Shown here piece after piece: positions 18,441-26,568 of a stretch of 64,000 nucleotides of DNA; positions within the stretch are counted from its first letter, which is position 1; each line of letters begins with the position of its first letter. Under the pieces are notes generated by a model that was given only the letters and a program-made list of their open reading frames with translations, was not told where the DNA came from and ran no database searches. The stretch comes from Actinomycetota bacterium (GTDB taxonomy: Bacteria > Actinomycetota > Coriobacteriia > Anaerosomatales > PHET01). The stretch covers positions 42,493 through 106,492 of the forward strand of contig JAJUJM010000001.1 of assembly GCA_029265315.1 (NCBI GenBank), given 5' to 3'. The position numbers and the translations under genes are program-made.

Positions 18441-19876
18441 ACTCGCCCGTGGACGTTGGGCTCATAGCGATCGCCGCAACGTTCGGACTTCTGGTCGTCT
18501 CGCTCGTCACGTTCATCTCCTCGGTGTTGCGGTTCCGGCGGATGCGACGCTTCGCAGGCGATCTGCAACAGGTCGAGTTCTCCACGGGAGAGGCCGGTGG
18601 CACGTTCGACACCAGTCTTGACGGGCTGAAGGTGGAAGTGGCGGCGGACTCGCCGAGTGCAGCCCTTCTCACCCCGCTTCGGGCGGGTGAATGGATGCCG
18701 CCACCCACTCCGGCGCCGGCCGCCAGCCTCGCGGACGCGTCGCTCGATGCGCGTATCGCACAGTTCGAACCCGTCCCGAACATCCCTGAGCCCAGCTTCA
18801 CGGTGGACCGGTACGAACCGTGGCAGGTGGAGCCGTCCACGCCCGGCGTGCCGGTGCGCGAGACGCCGTCGGAGACGACGGCCCTACCGCTGTCGCTCAC
18901 GCTTCCAAGAGTCGATACAGGTTCGACCGCGTCGGCCCCGAAGCCCGCGATGGAGGCGGTCGCTGCATCAGACGACGATCTCGATCGAGAACTCGCGGCC
19001 CTCATGCCCACGACCGAGTTCGCTCCGGTCGCCGTCGAGCCGACTCCGGTACCTTCGGCCGCGCCGCCACCGCAGACGGTTCCTGTCTCAGTGCCCGGTC
19101 CGATCCTGGCGCCCGAGCCCGTCACGCAACCGGTGGTGCCAACCGCTCCGAAGTCGGAGCCCGTGTCTGTTCCGCTGCCCCCTCCAGCGCCCGAGCCCGT
19201 GTCACAGCCGGTAGCGCCGCCTGCCGCAGCTCCGGTGCCCGTCCCAGCTCCCGTCCCGGTGCCCGAGCTCGTGCCACAGCCGGTAGCGCCGCCCGTTGCG
19301 GCCCCCGGGCCGGTAGCGCCGCCCGCTCCGGCCCCTGAGCCTGTCCCGCCGCCCGTTGCGGCTCCGGCGCCCGAGCCGATACAGCAGTCCGTTACAGCCC
19401 CGGAACCGGTCTCCGTGCCAGTCTCGACCCCTCAGCCCGTCGAGCCGGTGGTCGACACCTACTGGGAGGACCTGCTGCGTGAGCAACAGGGCGCACCGAT
19501 GCCGCGTGTCGAGCCGCGACCCCCTGCGCCGCGTCCGGAGGTCCGGGTCGCGACGGCGGAGCCTCGGATCGCTTCGCCCGAGCCAACGCCGCAACCATCG
19601 CCTCCGCGTCCTCCGCGCCCGGTCGCACGCGTGCGCTCTGCCGATGGCGAGGTTCTGCGATATGACCCCGCGACGCTGGAGCAACCCGTCGTCGCGCCCG
19701 AGGTGAGCGCGGGCAGGGCCAGCGCGCCCGATCTCGTCATGGAAGCGCCGGTTGAGATGTGGTTCGGGGACTCGCGCGTGGGAGTGAAGGCGGGTACCGC
19801 GACGTACGAACGCTTCAAGAAGTACGCCGACGTCCTGCTTGCGGACCTTCGCGAGGCATCCGCCCGTACGCGCTAG
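18437..19876 (+). CDS. membrane-anchored proline-rich protein, unknown function
   Basis: GTG 18437 overlaps the GTPase stop (GTGA). There is an N-terminal TM helix (VGLIAIAATFGLLVVSLVTFISSVL), about 300 aa of P/A/V/E-rich imperfect repeats, and a non-repetitive C-terminal ~60 aa (MEAPVEMWFGDSRVGVKAGTATYERFKKYADVLLADL). Confidence 0.65.
   Translation: MNSPVDVGLIAIAATFGLLVVSLVTFISSVLRFRRMRRFAGDLQQVEFSTGEAGGTFDTSLDGLKVEVAADSPSAALLTPLRAGEWMPPPTPAPAASLADASLDARIAQFEPVPNIPEPSFTVDRYEPWQVEPSTPGVPVRETPSETTALPLSLTLPRVDTGSTASAPKPAMEAVAASDDDLDRELAALMPTTEFAPVAVEPTPVPSAAPPPQTVPVSVPGPILAPEPVTQPVVPTAPKSEPVSVPLPPPAPEPVSQPVAPPAAAPVPVPAPVPVPELVPQPVAPPVAAPGPVAPPAPAPEPVPPPVAAPAPEPIQQSVTAPEPVSVPVSTPQPVEPVVDTYWEDLLREQQGAPMPRVEPRPPAPRPEVRVATAEPRIASPEPTPQPSPPRPPRPVARVRSADGEVLRYDPATLEQPVVAPEVSAGRASAPDLVMEAPVEMWFGDSRVGVKAGTATYERFKKYADVLLADLREASARTR
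19190..19380 (+). repeat. imperfect coding repeats (CAGCCGGTAGCGCCGCC-type units) in the proline-rich gene
   Basis: Recurrent CACAGCCGGTAGCGCCGCC / CCGGTAGCGCCGCCCG / CCGCCCGTTGCGGC units encode PQPVAPP / PVAPP / PPVAAP. The boundaries are approximate. Confidence 0.6.
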
Positions 19877-19976
19877 TCCCGCGCGCGTCGCTCACGCGCT
19901 ATCATGTGAAAGGTCACACGGGAGCTCTACTTCCCGCCGGGCCCATGGGTTCGGCCGTTCAAAGGGACGTCTTTCA

Positions 19977-21647
19977 GTGGCGGAAGCAGGACAGAGACTC
20001 GGCCAGCTGCTGATGCGGGCCGGCGTGATCACGGAGAAGCAACTCAACGACGCGCTCGAGGTCCATCGAGCGACGGGGAGTCCGCTCGGGCGCGTCCTCG
20101 TCGACCTGGGATATGCCACGCAGGGCGCCATCCTGTCGGTGATGGCCAAGCAGATCGGCATCGAGTACATCAACTTCTCCGAGCGCCCGCCCGAGCCGAC
20201 CGCTGTGGCCGCCGTCCCCAAGGACCTCGCACAACGCTACACGCTCATGCCGGTTGCCATCACCGAGAACACCCTGCTCGTCGCGATGGCCGACCCGCAG
20301 AACGTGCTCGCGCTCGACGACCTGCGCATCATCACCGGCCACGAGATCAAGCCGGCCATCTCGACCAGGGACGACATCATCGCGGCCATCGAGGAGTACT
20401 ACAAGGTCGCAGAGCACACCACCGACGACGAGTTCATCGCGACCGAGGACATCGGCGAGGACGAGCTCGCGCAGCTCACGGATGTCGAATCCGAGGCGCC
20501 TGCGGTCAAGCTCGTCAACTACATCATCCAGAAGGCCGTTGCAGACCGCGCGTCCGACATCCATATAGAGCCGCAGGAGAACGACCTGCGTGTCCGGTTC
20601 CGCATCGACGGCGTGCTCCACGAGGTGATGCGCAGCCCCAAGTCCACGCAGCAGGCCATGATCTCGCGCTTCAAGATCATGGCCGAGATGGACATCTCGG
20701 ACTCACGTCGTCCACAGGACGGGCACTGCGCCGTCACGGTGGGAAACCACAAGATGGACTTCCGCGTCTCGTCGCTTCCCACGGTGTACGGCGAACGCAT
20801 CGTGCTTCGTATCCTGCGCAAGGACTCGATCCTGCTACAGCTCTCGGACCTGGGCTTCCTGCCGGCGTCGCTCGAGCGTTTCGAGTCGTCGTTCAAGAAG
20901 CCGTACGGAGCCATCCTCGTGACCGGACCCACGGGTTCCGGCAAATCGACGTCGCTCTACGCTGCGATCAACGTGCTGAACGATCCCGGCCGTCACATCC
21001 TCACCGCGGAAGACCCCGTCGAGTATCGCCTTCCCGGTGTGAACCAGTGCCAGATGAACCACAAGGCGGGGCTCGACTTCGCCCGTGCGTTGCGGTCGTT
21101 CCTGCGCTGCTCGCCGGACGTGATCCTCGTGGGCGAGATCCGTGACCAGGAGACGGCGCAGATCGCCATCGAGTCAGCGCTCACGGGCCACCTCGTGCTC
21201 TCGACGCTTCATACGAATGATGCCCCGAGTGCCGTGACGCGCTTGATTGAGATGGGCGTGGAGCCCTTCCTCGTCTCATCTGCGGTAGGTTGCATCCTCG
21301 GGCAGCGGCTCGCACGCAAGCTGTGCTCGGACTGCAAGGTGGAGTGGCGGCCCAAACCCGAAGTGCTCATAGAGGCGGGGTTTGCTGCCGATAATCTCCC
21401 GGAGGTCGTCTACAAGGCCGGGGGTTGCCGCAAGTGCGGCGGCACTGGCTATCGCGGGCGACTGGGCGTGCACGAGGTCCTGCTCATGAGCGAGGAGATC
21501 TCGCGCCTGTGCGTCGAAGAGGCCACCGCGGAAGAGATCAAGCAGGTCGCTATGCAGCAGGGTATGCTCACGCTGCGTCAGGACGGGCTTGAGAAGGTCC
21601 GGATGGGACTGACGTCGATCGAGGAGATCGTCAGAGTCATAGTCTAG
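19977..21647 (+). CDS. pilB: type IV pilus assembly ATPase, PilB/GspE family (paralog 2, MshEN-type N-terminus)
   Basis: GTG 19977 gives VAEAGQRLGQLLMRAGVITEKQL... (556 aa), with Walker A GPTGSGKSTS, Walker B LVGEIRD and tetracysteine CSDC...CRKC. The upstream part of the 19839 ORF is not protein-like. Confidence 0.88.
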   Translation: MAEAGQRLGQLLMRAGVITEKQLNDALEVHRATGSPLGRVLVDLGYATQGAILSVMAKQIGIEYINFSERPPEPTAVAAVPKDLAQRYTLMPVAITENTLLVAMADPQNVLALDDLRIITGHEIKPAISTRDDIIAAIEEYYKVAEHTTDDEFIATEDIGEDELAQLTDVESEAPAVKLVNYIIQKAVADRASDIHIEPQENDLRVRFRIDGVLHEVMRSPKSTQQAMISRFKIMAEMDISDSRRPQDGHCAVTVGNHKMDFRVSSLPTVYGERIVLRILRKDSILLQLSDLGFLPASLERFESSFKKPYGAILVTGPTGSGKSTSLYAAINVLNDPGRHILTAEDPVEYRLPGVNQCQMNHKAGLDFARALRSFLRCSPDVILVGEIRDQETAQIAIESALTGHLVLSTLHTNDAPSAVTRLIEMGVEPFLVSSAVGCILGQRLARKLCSDCKVEWRPKPEVLIEAGFAADNLPEVVYKAGGCRKCGGTGYRGRLGVHEVLLMSEEISRLCVEEATAEEIKQVAMQQGMLTLRQDGLEKVRMGLTSIEEIVRVIV

Positions 21648-21681
21648 GTTCGGCCGCCGAACGTAGAACGAGGAGCAGCAG

Positions 21682-22890
21682 ATGGCGACGTTCACCTATA
21701 CCGTGCGGGACAAGGCCGGCAAGGTTGCCAAGGGCAAGCTCGACGGCGAGAGCAAAGAGGCCGTTCAGGCCAAGCTCACCCAGATGGGTTACATCATCTT
21801 GGAGCTTGACCAGCAGGGCGGTCTGGCCGCGCTCAACAACATCACGTTCGGCACCGGCGTCAAACCCAAGGACATCACGATCTTCGCCCGTCAGTTCTCC
21901 ACGATGATCAATGCGGGCCTGTCGCTCACGAAGTGTCTCGCGATCCTCGGTGGTCAGACTGAGAACCCGTACCTGCGCGACATCATCAGCCAGATCGGTA
22001 AGGACGTCGAGGCCGGCCAGTCGCTGTCGGACTCGATGGCGCGTCATCCCAAGGTCTTCCCGCCCATCTTCATCAACATGGTGCGGGCGGGCGAGACCGG
22101 CGGTGTGCTCGACGAGGTCCTGAACCGTGTCGCCGACCACTTCGAGCAGGAGCAGGCGCTCAAGGGCAAGATCAAGTCGGCGATGACGTACCCGGTCGCG
22201 ATGGGCGGCATGGTGGTCGTCATCCTGGCTGCGATGATGATCTTCGTCGTGCCCACCTTCGAGAAGATGTTCTCGGAGATGGGCGGCAAGCTCCCGTTCA
22301 TGACCCAGCTTCTCGTCGACGCGTCCGACTTCGTCGCCGGGGTCGGAGGCATCGTCACCGTGGTGGTCTTCGCGGCGCTGATCTTCGCGTTCAAGTGGTG
22401 GTCGAAGGGCCCGGGGCGCCTCATCTGGGACGGCGCCACACTGAGGATGCCGGTGTTCGGGCCTCTCGTTCGCAAGATCGCTCTGGCGCGCTTCACGCGG
22501 ACGTTCGGTACGCTCGTGACCGCGGGAGTGCCCATTCTGTCGGCCCTGGACATCGTCGCGGACACCGCGGGCAACGAGGAGGTCGCGCAAGCGGTCCGCA
22601 AGGTCCGGGCAGCGATCAAAGATGGCGAGACGATCGCCAAGCCGCTCTCCGAGAGCAAGGTGTTCCCCTCCATGCTCGTCCAGATGATCGCGGTGGGTGA
22701 GGAGACCGGCGCGCTCGACACGATGCTCAACAAGATCGCGGACTTCTATGACGAGGAGGTCTCGACCGCCGTCGAGGGCCTGACCTCGCTCATCGAGCCG
22801 CTCATGATGGCCACGCTGGGCGTGGTGGTCGGTGGCATGGTCGTGGCGCTCTACCTGCCGATGTTCAACGTCATCACGCTCGTCAAGTGA
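21682..22890 (+). CDS. pilC: type IV pilus platform protein PilC (GspF family)
   Basis: 402 aa with two T2SSF repeats, three TM segments, and family-typical segments FARQFSTMINAGLSL and FTRTFGTLVTAGVPIL. Confidence 0.92.
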   Translation: MATFTYTVRDKAGKVAKGKLDGESKEAVQAKLTQMGYIILELDQQGGLAALNNITFGTGVKPKDITIFARQFSTMINAGLSLTKCLAILGGQTENPYLRDIISQIGKDVEAGQSLSDSMARHPKVFPPIFINMVRAGETGGVLDEVLNRVADHFEQEQALKGKIKSAMTYPVAMGGMVVVILAAMMIFVVPTFEKMFSEMGGKLPFMTQLLVDASDFVAGVGGIVTVVVFAALIFAFKWWSKGPGRLIWDGATLRMPVFGPLVRKIALARFTRTFGTLVTAGVPILSALDIVADTAGNEEVAQAVRKVRAAIKDGETIAKPLSESKVFPSMLVQMIAVGEETGALDTMLNKIADFYDEEVSTAVEGLTSLIEPLMMATLGVVVGGMVVALYLPMFNVITLVK

Positions 22891-23016
22891 CGGTTTCGAG
22901 GAATTCGTGACCGACACGCTAAAGTCCGCGCCCCGCGTGCCGATACATGGGGTGTCGGAATGAGGGTGGTGGGAGCCACCCGCGGTCCCCAGCAGGGGGA
23001 AAGGAGGTGCGGCAAC

Positions 23017-23364
23017 ATGAAGATGTTCCGCAAGGAAGAGGGCTTCACCCTCGTCGAGCTCATGGTCGTCGTGCTTATTATCGGTATCCTTGTCGCAGTC
23101 GCCATCCCGGTCTTCAACGCAGCGTCCTCCACGGCGCGTCAGCGCGCCTGCCAGGCCAACCTTCGTACGCTTGACGGCGCTGTCGAGCAGTGGCGCGCTG
23201 CCGCCCCGACGAACGATCCGGCCACGCTGGACACGCTCGCCGCGGCCAACACCGCCATCGGCGGCTACGTGAAGGACTGGGCCAAGTCCACGGTGTGCCC
23301 GGCCGGTGGCAGCTACACCGTCACCGACGGTACGTTCGCCTGCCCGAACGGCCACACCTACTAG
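23017..23364 (+). CDS. pilA: type IV (pseudo)pilin, probable major pilin
   Basis: AAGGAGG (23001-23007) precedes ATG 23017. The class III signal is MKMFRKEEG|FTLVELMVVVLIIGILVAVAIPVF with Glu at +5. The protein is 115 aa, has three Cys, and is followed by a strong hairpin. Confidence 0.9.
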   Translation: MKMFRKEEGFTLVELMVVVLIIGILVAVAIPVFNAASSTARQRACQANLRTLDGAVEQWRAAAPTNDPATLDTLAAANTAIGGYVKDWAKSTVCPAGGSYTVTDGTFACPNGHTY

Positions 23365-23396
23365 GATAGCGGGTCCATACCCTCGACCACGAGTTC

Positions 23397-23428
23397 AAGA
23401 GGCCCGCGGCGGATGCCGCGGGCCTCTT
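23397..23428 (+). terminator. GC-rich stem-loop after the pilin gene (intrinsic-terminator-like)
   Basis: AAGAGGCCCGCGGC-GGAT-GCCGCGGGCCTCTT forms about a 14-bp perfect stem with a 4-nt loop, 33 nt after the pilA stop. The trailing T-tract is short (CTCTT). Confidence 0.65.
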
Positions 23429-23522
23429 CGCGTCGCGCGTCCCCGCGCGGCTTTCGTGAGGCTCTATGCGCTAGGATTGTCTTGGCAGCGATGCATATGC
23501 ACATTCGCGCGGCGGGAGATCA

Positions 23523-24341
23523 GTGGAATACAGCTTGATCATCGGCGTTCTCGTGTTCGTGCTGGGGCTTGCCTTCGGTAGTTTCGGCAACGTGGTGATC
23601 TGGCGGCTGCCGCGTGGTGAGTCACTCTCGTATCCGGCGTCGCACTGCCCCGAATGCGATGGGCCGATCGCGTGGTACGACAACGTTCCCGTGGCCTCCT
23701 GGCTCATCCTCAGGGGGCGCTGTCGCTCGTGCAGTGCCCCGATCCCTGTCCGTTATCCGGCAGTGGAGCTGACATCGGGGCTCTTGTGGTTGCTGGCTTG
23801 GGCGCAGTTCGGGCTGAGTCCGCGCACGCTCGGTGCGATCGTCTTCTACTACCTTCTCCTCATCCTGGCGGCCATCGACCTGGACACCTATCGACTGCCC
23901 AATCCGCTCATCGGCCTGATGGGGGCGATCGGTGTCGCGGGGGTCGCGGCCTCGATGGCGGGCCTGCCCGTGTTGCCGTTGCTGCCGGCCAGTGGTGTGT
24001 TCTCGTCGCCACTCGTGTCCGCGCTCGTCGGTTGCGGTGCGCCGGCCGTGATCACGCTGGGAATCGCGCTCATCTATGAGCGTGCCCGCGGGCGCGAAGG
24101 CTTTGGCATGGGCGACGTGAAATTGCTCGCAGTCATGGGACCGTATCTGGGCCCGTACACGCTCATGGTCCTCTTCCTGGGCAGCATGTTGGGCGCCGTG
24201 GTCGGCGTCATCGCCGCGCGACGCTCAACTGAAGGCATGGCCATGCGCGTGCCGTTCGGCCCGTTCCTTGCGGGAGCGGCGGTCATGGTGTCGGTCGCGG
24301 GGCCTGCTCTGTGGCTCTGGTACGCGGGTCTGCTCGCGTGA
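23523..24341 (+). CDS. pilD: prepilin peptidase / N-methyltransferase PilD (A24 family)
   Basis: 272 aa with the N-terminal CPECDGPI...CRSC zinc-binding motif, polytopic A24 membrane topology, and a conserved GMGDVKL aspartyl-protease motif. Confidence 0.92.
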   Translation: MEYSLIIGVLVFVLGLAFGSFGNVVIWRLPRGESLSYPASHCPECDGPIAWYDNVPVASWLILRGRCRSCSAPIPVRYPAVELTSGLLWLLAWAQFGLSPRTLGAIVFYYLLLILAAIDLDTYRLPNPLIGLMGAIGVAGVAASMAGLPVLPLLPASGVFSSPLVSALVGCGAPAVITLGIALIYERARGREGFGMGDVKLLAVMGPYLGPYTLMVLFLGSMLGAVVGVIAARRSTEGMAMRVPFGPFLAGAAVMVSVAGPALWLWYAGLLA

Positions 24342-24471
24342 CGACCGTCACAGAATGACCATCCAAGAACTCAATGGAGGGACTGTTGTTGCCGATAGAG
24401 GAAGTGCGGGTATGTGTCTTTGCACGCGCCTCGCGAAGGTCGCGTGCGTCGAGCGGGAGGCGCTTGAGGCC

Positions 24472-26019
24472 ATGAGCAGACTCAGACGAAGCGATGGGTT
24501 CTCGGTCGCCGAGGTCGTGATCGCGACTGCGATCATGTTCTTCGTCCTGACCGCGCTCGTCGGGCTCATGGGCGTGTCCTCGAACATGACCGTTCAGGCC
24601 AAGCAGAAGAGCATCCTCGTGAACGCCGTCGCGTCCGAGATCGACAGACTGAGGGCCTTACCGTTCGACGAGATCCAGACAGGCGACGTCGAACGCGATT
24701 ACAACGGGGTCCTCGTGCAGATCACCCAAACGGTCGAGACCAAGACCGCGATGGGCAGCGAGTACTACAAGATCGTACGTATCGCTGCCACGGGAACGAT
24801 GCAGGGCCAGTCGCTCACGTATCGGACGAGCATCGTGATCAGGAACCCTGAGAACAACATGACGCTTGCCACCGACCCGGATGCGCCTCAGATCGAGTTC
24901 ACCGCCGACGCGCCGGCGGCAGATGAGGTGTTCTTCGGGGCCGAGCGTCTGAACGGGGGGTCGATCTTCCTCAAGACGCGTGCGTACAGTCCTCCGAACG
25001 GGCTCACCGAGGTGAGGTACCAGGTGGGCAACACCGCGCTCATCCAAGCCAGTGGCGTCTCTGCCGTGTTCACACCCACGAACAACCCCTTCTTCGCGAG
25101 TCCCACGTGGAACACGGCGGCAGGGGGTCTGGCTGACGGCTTCCAGACCGTCGTCGCCGTCGCAGAGGACAACCAGCAGCGCACGGCCACGGTCAAGCGC
25201 CGCTTCATCCTTGACAACTCGATGCCGCTCGCGCCAGGAGTCCCGAGCGGCGTGCCTCTGGATTCGCAGACGGTGCGCCTGACCTGGGCGGCGGCTCGTG
25301 ACGGTGGTGTGGGCACGGACCCCGCGGCGTGGTACTGGGCGAGCCAGTACCAATACACGCTCTACCGTGAACCGCTCACCGGTGGAGGCGCTCCCACTAG
25401 CTGGCCGGTGGCGGCGCAACAGACGTTCGCGGCAGGGGACTCCGCGGCCCAATCGATCATGAATGCGGGACCGATCACCCGAGACGCGTCGGTCACCGCC
25501 GGAGGCCCCGCGCTGTCGCGTTCGTCGCTCCCGTTCAGCCGGTTCTTCGTGAGGGTGTACTCGGGCTCGCCTCGCGGCATGGGTGATGCCTACGCCGATT
25601 CGACTGCTCTCGTCGTGACGCGGCCTGAGCTGATCTGCGATTCGAGCGCACAGAGCACGGCCAAGGTGGGTGCGAAGTCCGGTAGCAAGTATCCTCTGAC
25701 GTTGTCGCTCAAGGTGACCAAGCCGAACTTCCCCTACACCGGCACGCCCGTCTACACCGTGCAGTACCGCACGCCGACGAGCGCATGGCAGGCATGGCCG
25801 AGCGCGGTCACCGTCACGCAGTCGACGAACTACGTGACGCTTGCGAGCACCGCATCGCTCAGCCTCTCTGTTTACTACTTCAAAGTCGGTGTCAGCGGAG
25901 TCACGCCAACCGGCTATGCCGGAGGCACGGCCCTTCCGGCTCTCGAGACCAATGCGGCCAAGATGCCCGCCGCTGCTGCCAACACGACGTACAACCTCAC
26001 GCTCGATTGGGGGTTGTAG
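24472..26019 (+). CDS. large minor-pilin-like protein (515 aa) with prepilin-type N-terminus
   Basis: ATG 24472 follows GGGAGG at 24455-24460. The signal is MSRLRRSDG|FSVAEVVIATAIMFFVLTALVGL with Glu at +5. A large Thr/Ser/Ala-rich, likely beta-rich extracellular domain follows. The upstream part of the 24268 ORF overlaps pilD. Confidence 0.75.
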   Translation: MSRLRRSDGFSVAEVVIATAIMFFVLTALVGLMGVSSNMTVQAKQKSILVNAVASEIDRLRALPFDEIQTGDVERDYNGVLVQITQTVETKTAMGSEYYKIVRIAATGTMQGQSLTYRTSIVIRNPENNMTLATDPDAPQIEFTADAPAADEVFFGAERLNGGSIFLKTRAYSPPNGLTEVRYQVGNTALIQASGVSAVFTPTNNPFFASPTWNTAAGGLADGFQTVVAVAEDNQQRTATVKRRFILDNSMPLAPGVPSGVPLDSQTVRLTWAAARDGGVGTDPAAWYWASQYQYTLYREPLTGGGAPTSWPVAAQQTFAAGDSAAQSIMNAGPITRDASVTAGGPALSRSSLPFSRFFVRVYSGSPRGMGDAYADSTALVVTRPELICDSSAQSTAKVGAKSGSKYPLTLSLKVTKPNFPYTGTPVYTVQYRTPTSAWQAWPSAVTVTQSTNYVTLASTASLSLSVYYFKVGVSGVTPTGYAGGTALPALETNAAKMPAAAANTTYNLTLDWGL

Positions 26020-26022
26020 GCC

Positions 26023-26568
26023 GTGGACTTCCGCGATGACAGTGGCGTGACGCTCACCGAGATGCTCGTGGTGACCCTGCTCATGGGCATCGTGCTGGCC
26101 ATCGTCTACCTGGGCATCCAGTTCGGCTACCGCGCCACGGCGGTGGCCGAGACCCAGTCACAGTTCGCGCGCAACGTGACCGCACCGCTCACCGCGATGG
26201 ACGCATCGTTCTCACAGCGCGTCCCCATGGTGGGCTTCACCATGGACCCGTACACGGCCACTGTGAGGCTGCCGGCCGACTACCGTCCGGGCACGATCGA
26301 GGAACACACGTTCTCGGCCAACACGGACGGGACGCTCACGCAGCAGATCTATCGCGTCACCGGCGCGACACGCACGCTCGTGCGTACCGTCACCTGGTCC
26401 CGCGAGAACGCTAACCGGGCGGCGAACGTGCCACTGTTCACGTACTTCAATGGGAGCGTCGCCGCCACCAATGCGGCGCTCATCGACAACGTCGTGATCC
26501 GCGTGGCCACCAGCCGCGATGGACACACCTTCTCCGATGCGCGGCGCGTGTTCTTCAGGAATCGATGA
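26023..26568 (+). CDS. minor pilin / pseudopilin
   Basis: 181 aa with MDFRDDSG|VTLTEMLVVTLLMGIVLAIVYL (Glu +5). The start is 4 nt after the upstream stop. Confidence 0.75.
   Translation: MDFRDDSGVTLTEMLVVTLLMGIVLAIVYLGIQFGYRATAVAETQSQFARNVTAPLTAMDASFSQRVPMVGFTMDPYTATVRLPADYRPGTIEEHTFSANTDGTLTQQIYRVTGATRTLVRTVTWSRENANRAANVPLFTYFNGSVAATNAALIDNVVIRVATSRDGHTFSDARRVFFRNR

Noticed and set aside
21637-23355. A 572-aa minus-strand ORF spanning pilC and pilA.
   Set aside because: It is antisense to two genes with clear family motifs. The composition (runs of R, D, H, G, E) is not protein-like and there is no start context.
23481-23503. A possible sigma-54 promoter (TGGCAG...GCA) and the 10-bp palindrome TGCATATGCA (23492-23501) upstream of pilD.
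   Set aside because: The GG-to-GC spacing does not fit the -24/-12 rule (9 or 15 nt instead of 12). The palindrome is real but short (it is just an NsiI/NdeI-like AT core), and I have no supporting evidence of function. I note it only as a low-confidence operator candidate.
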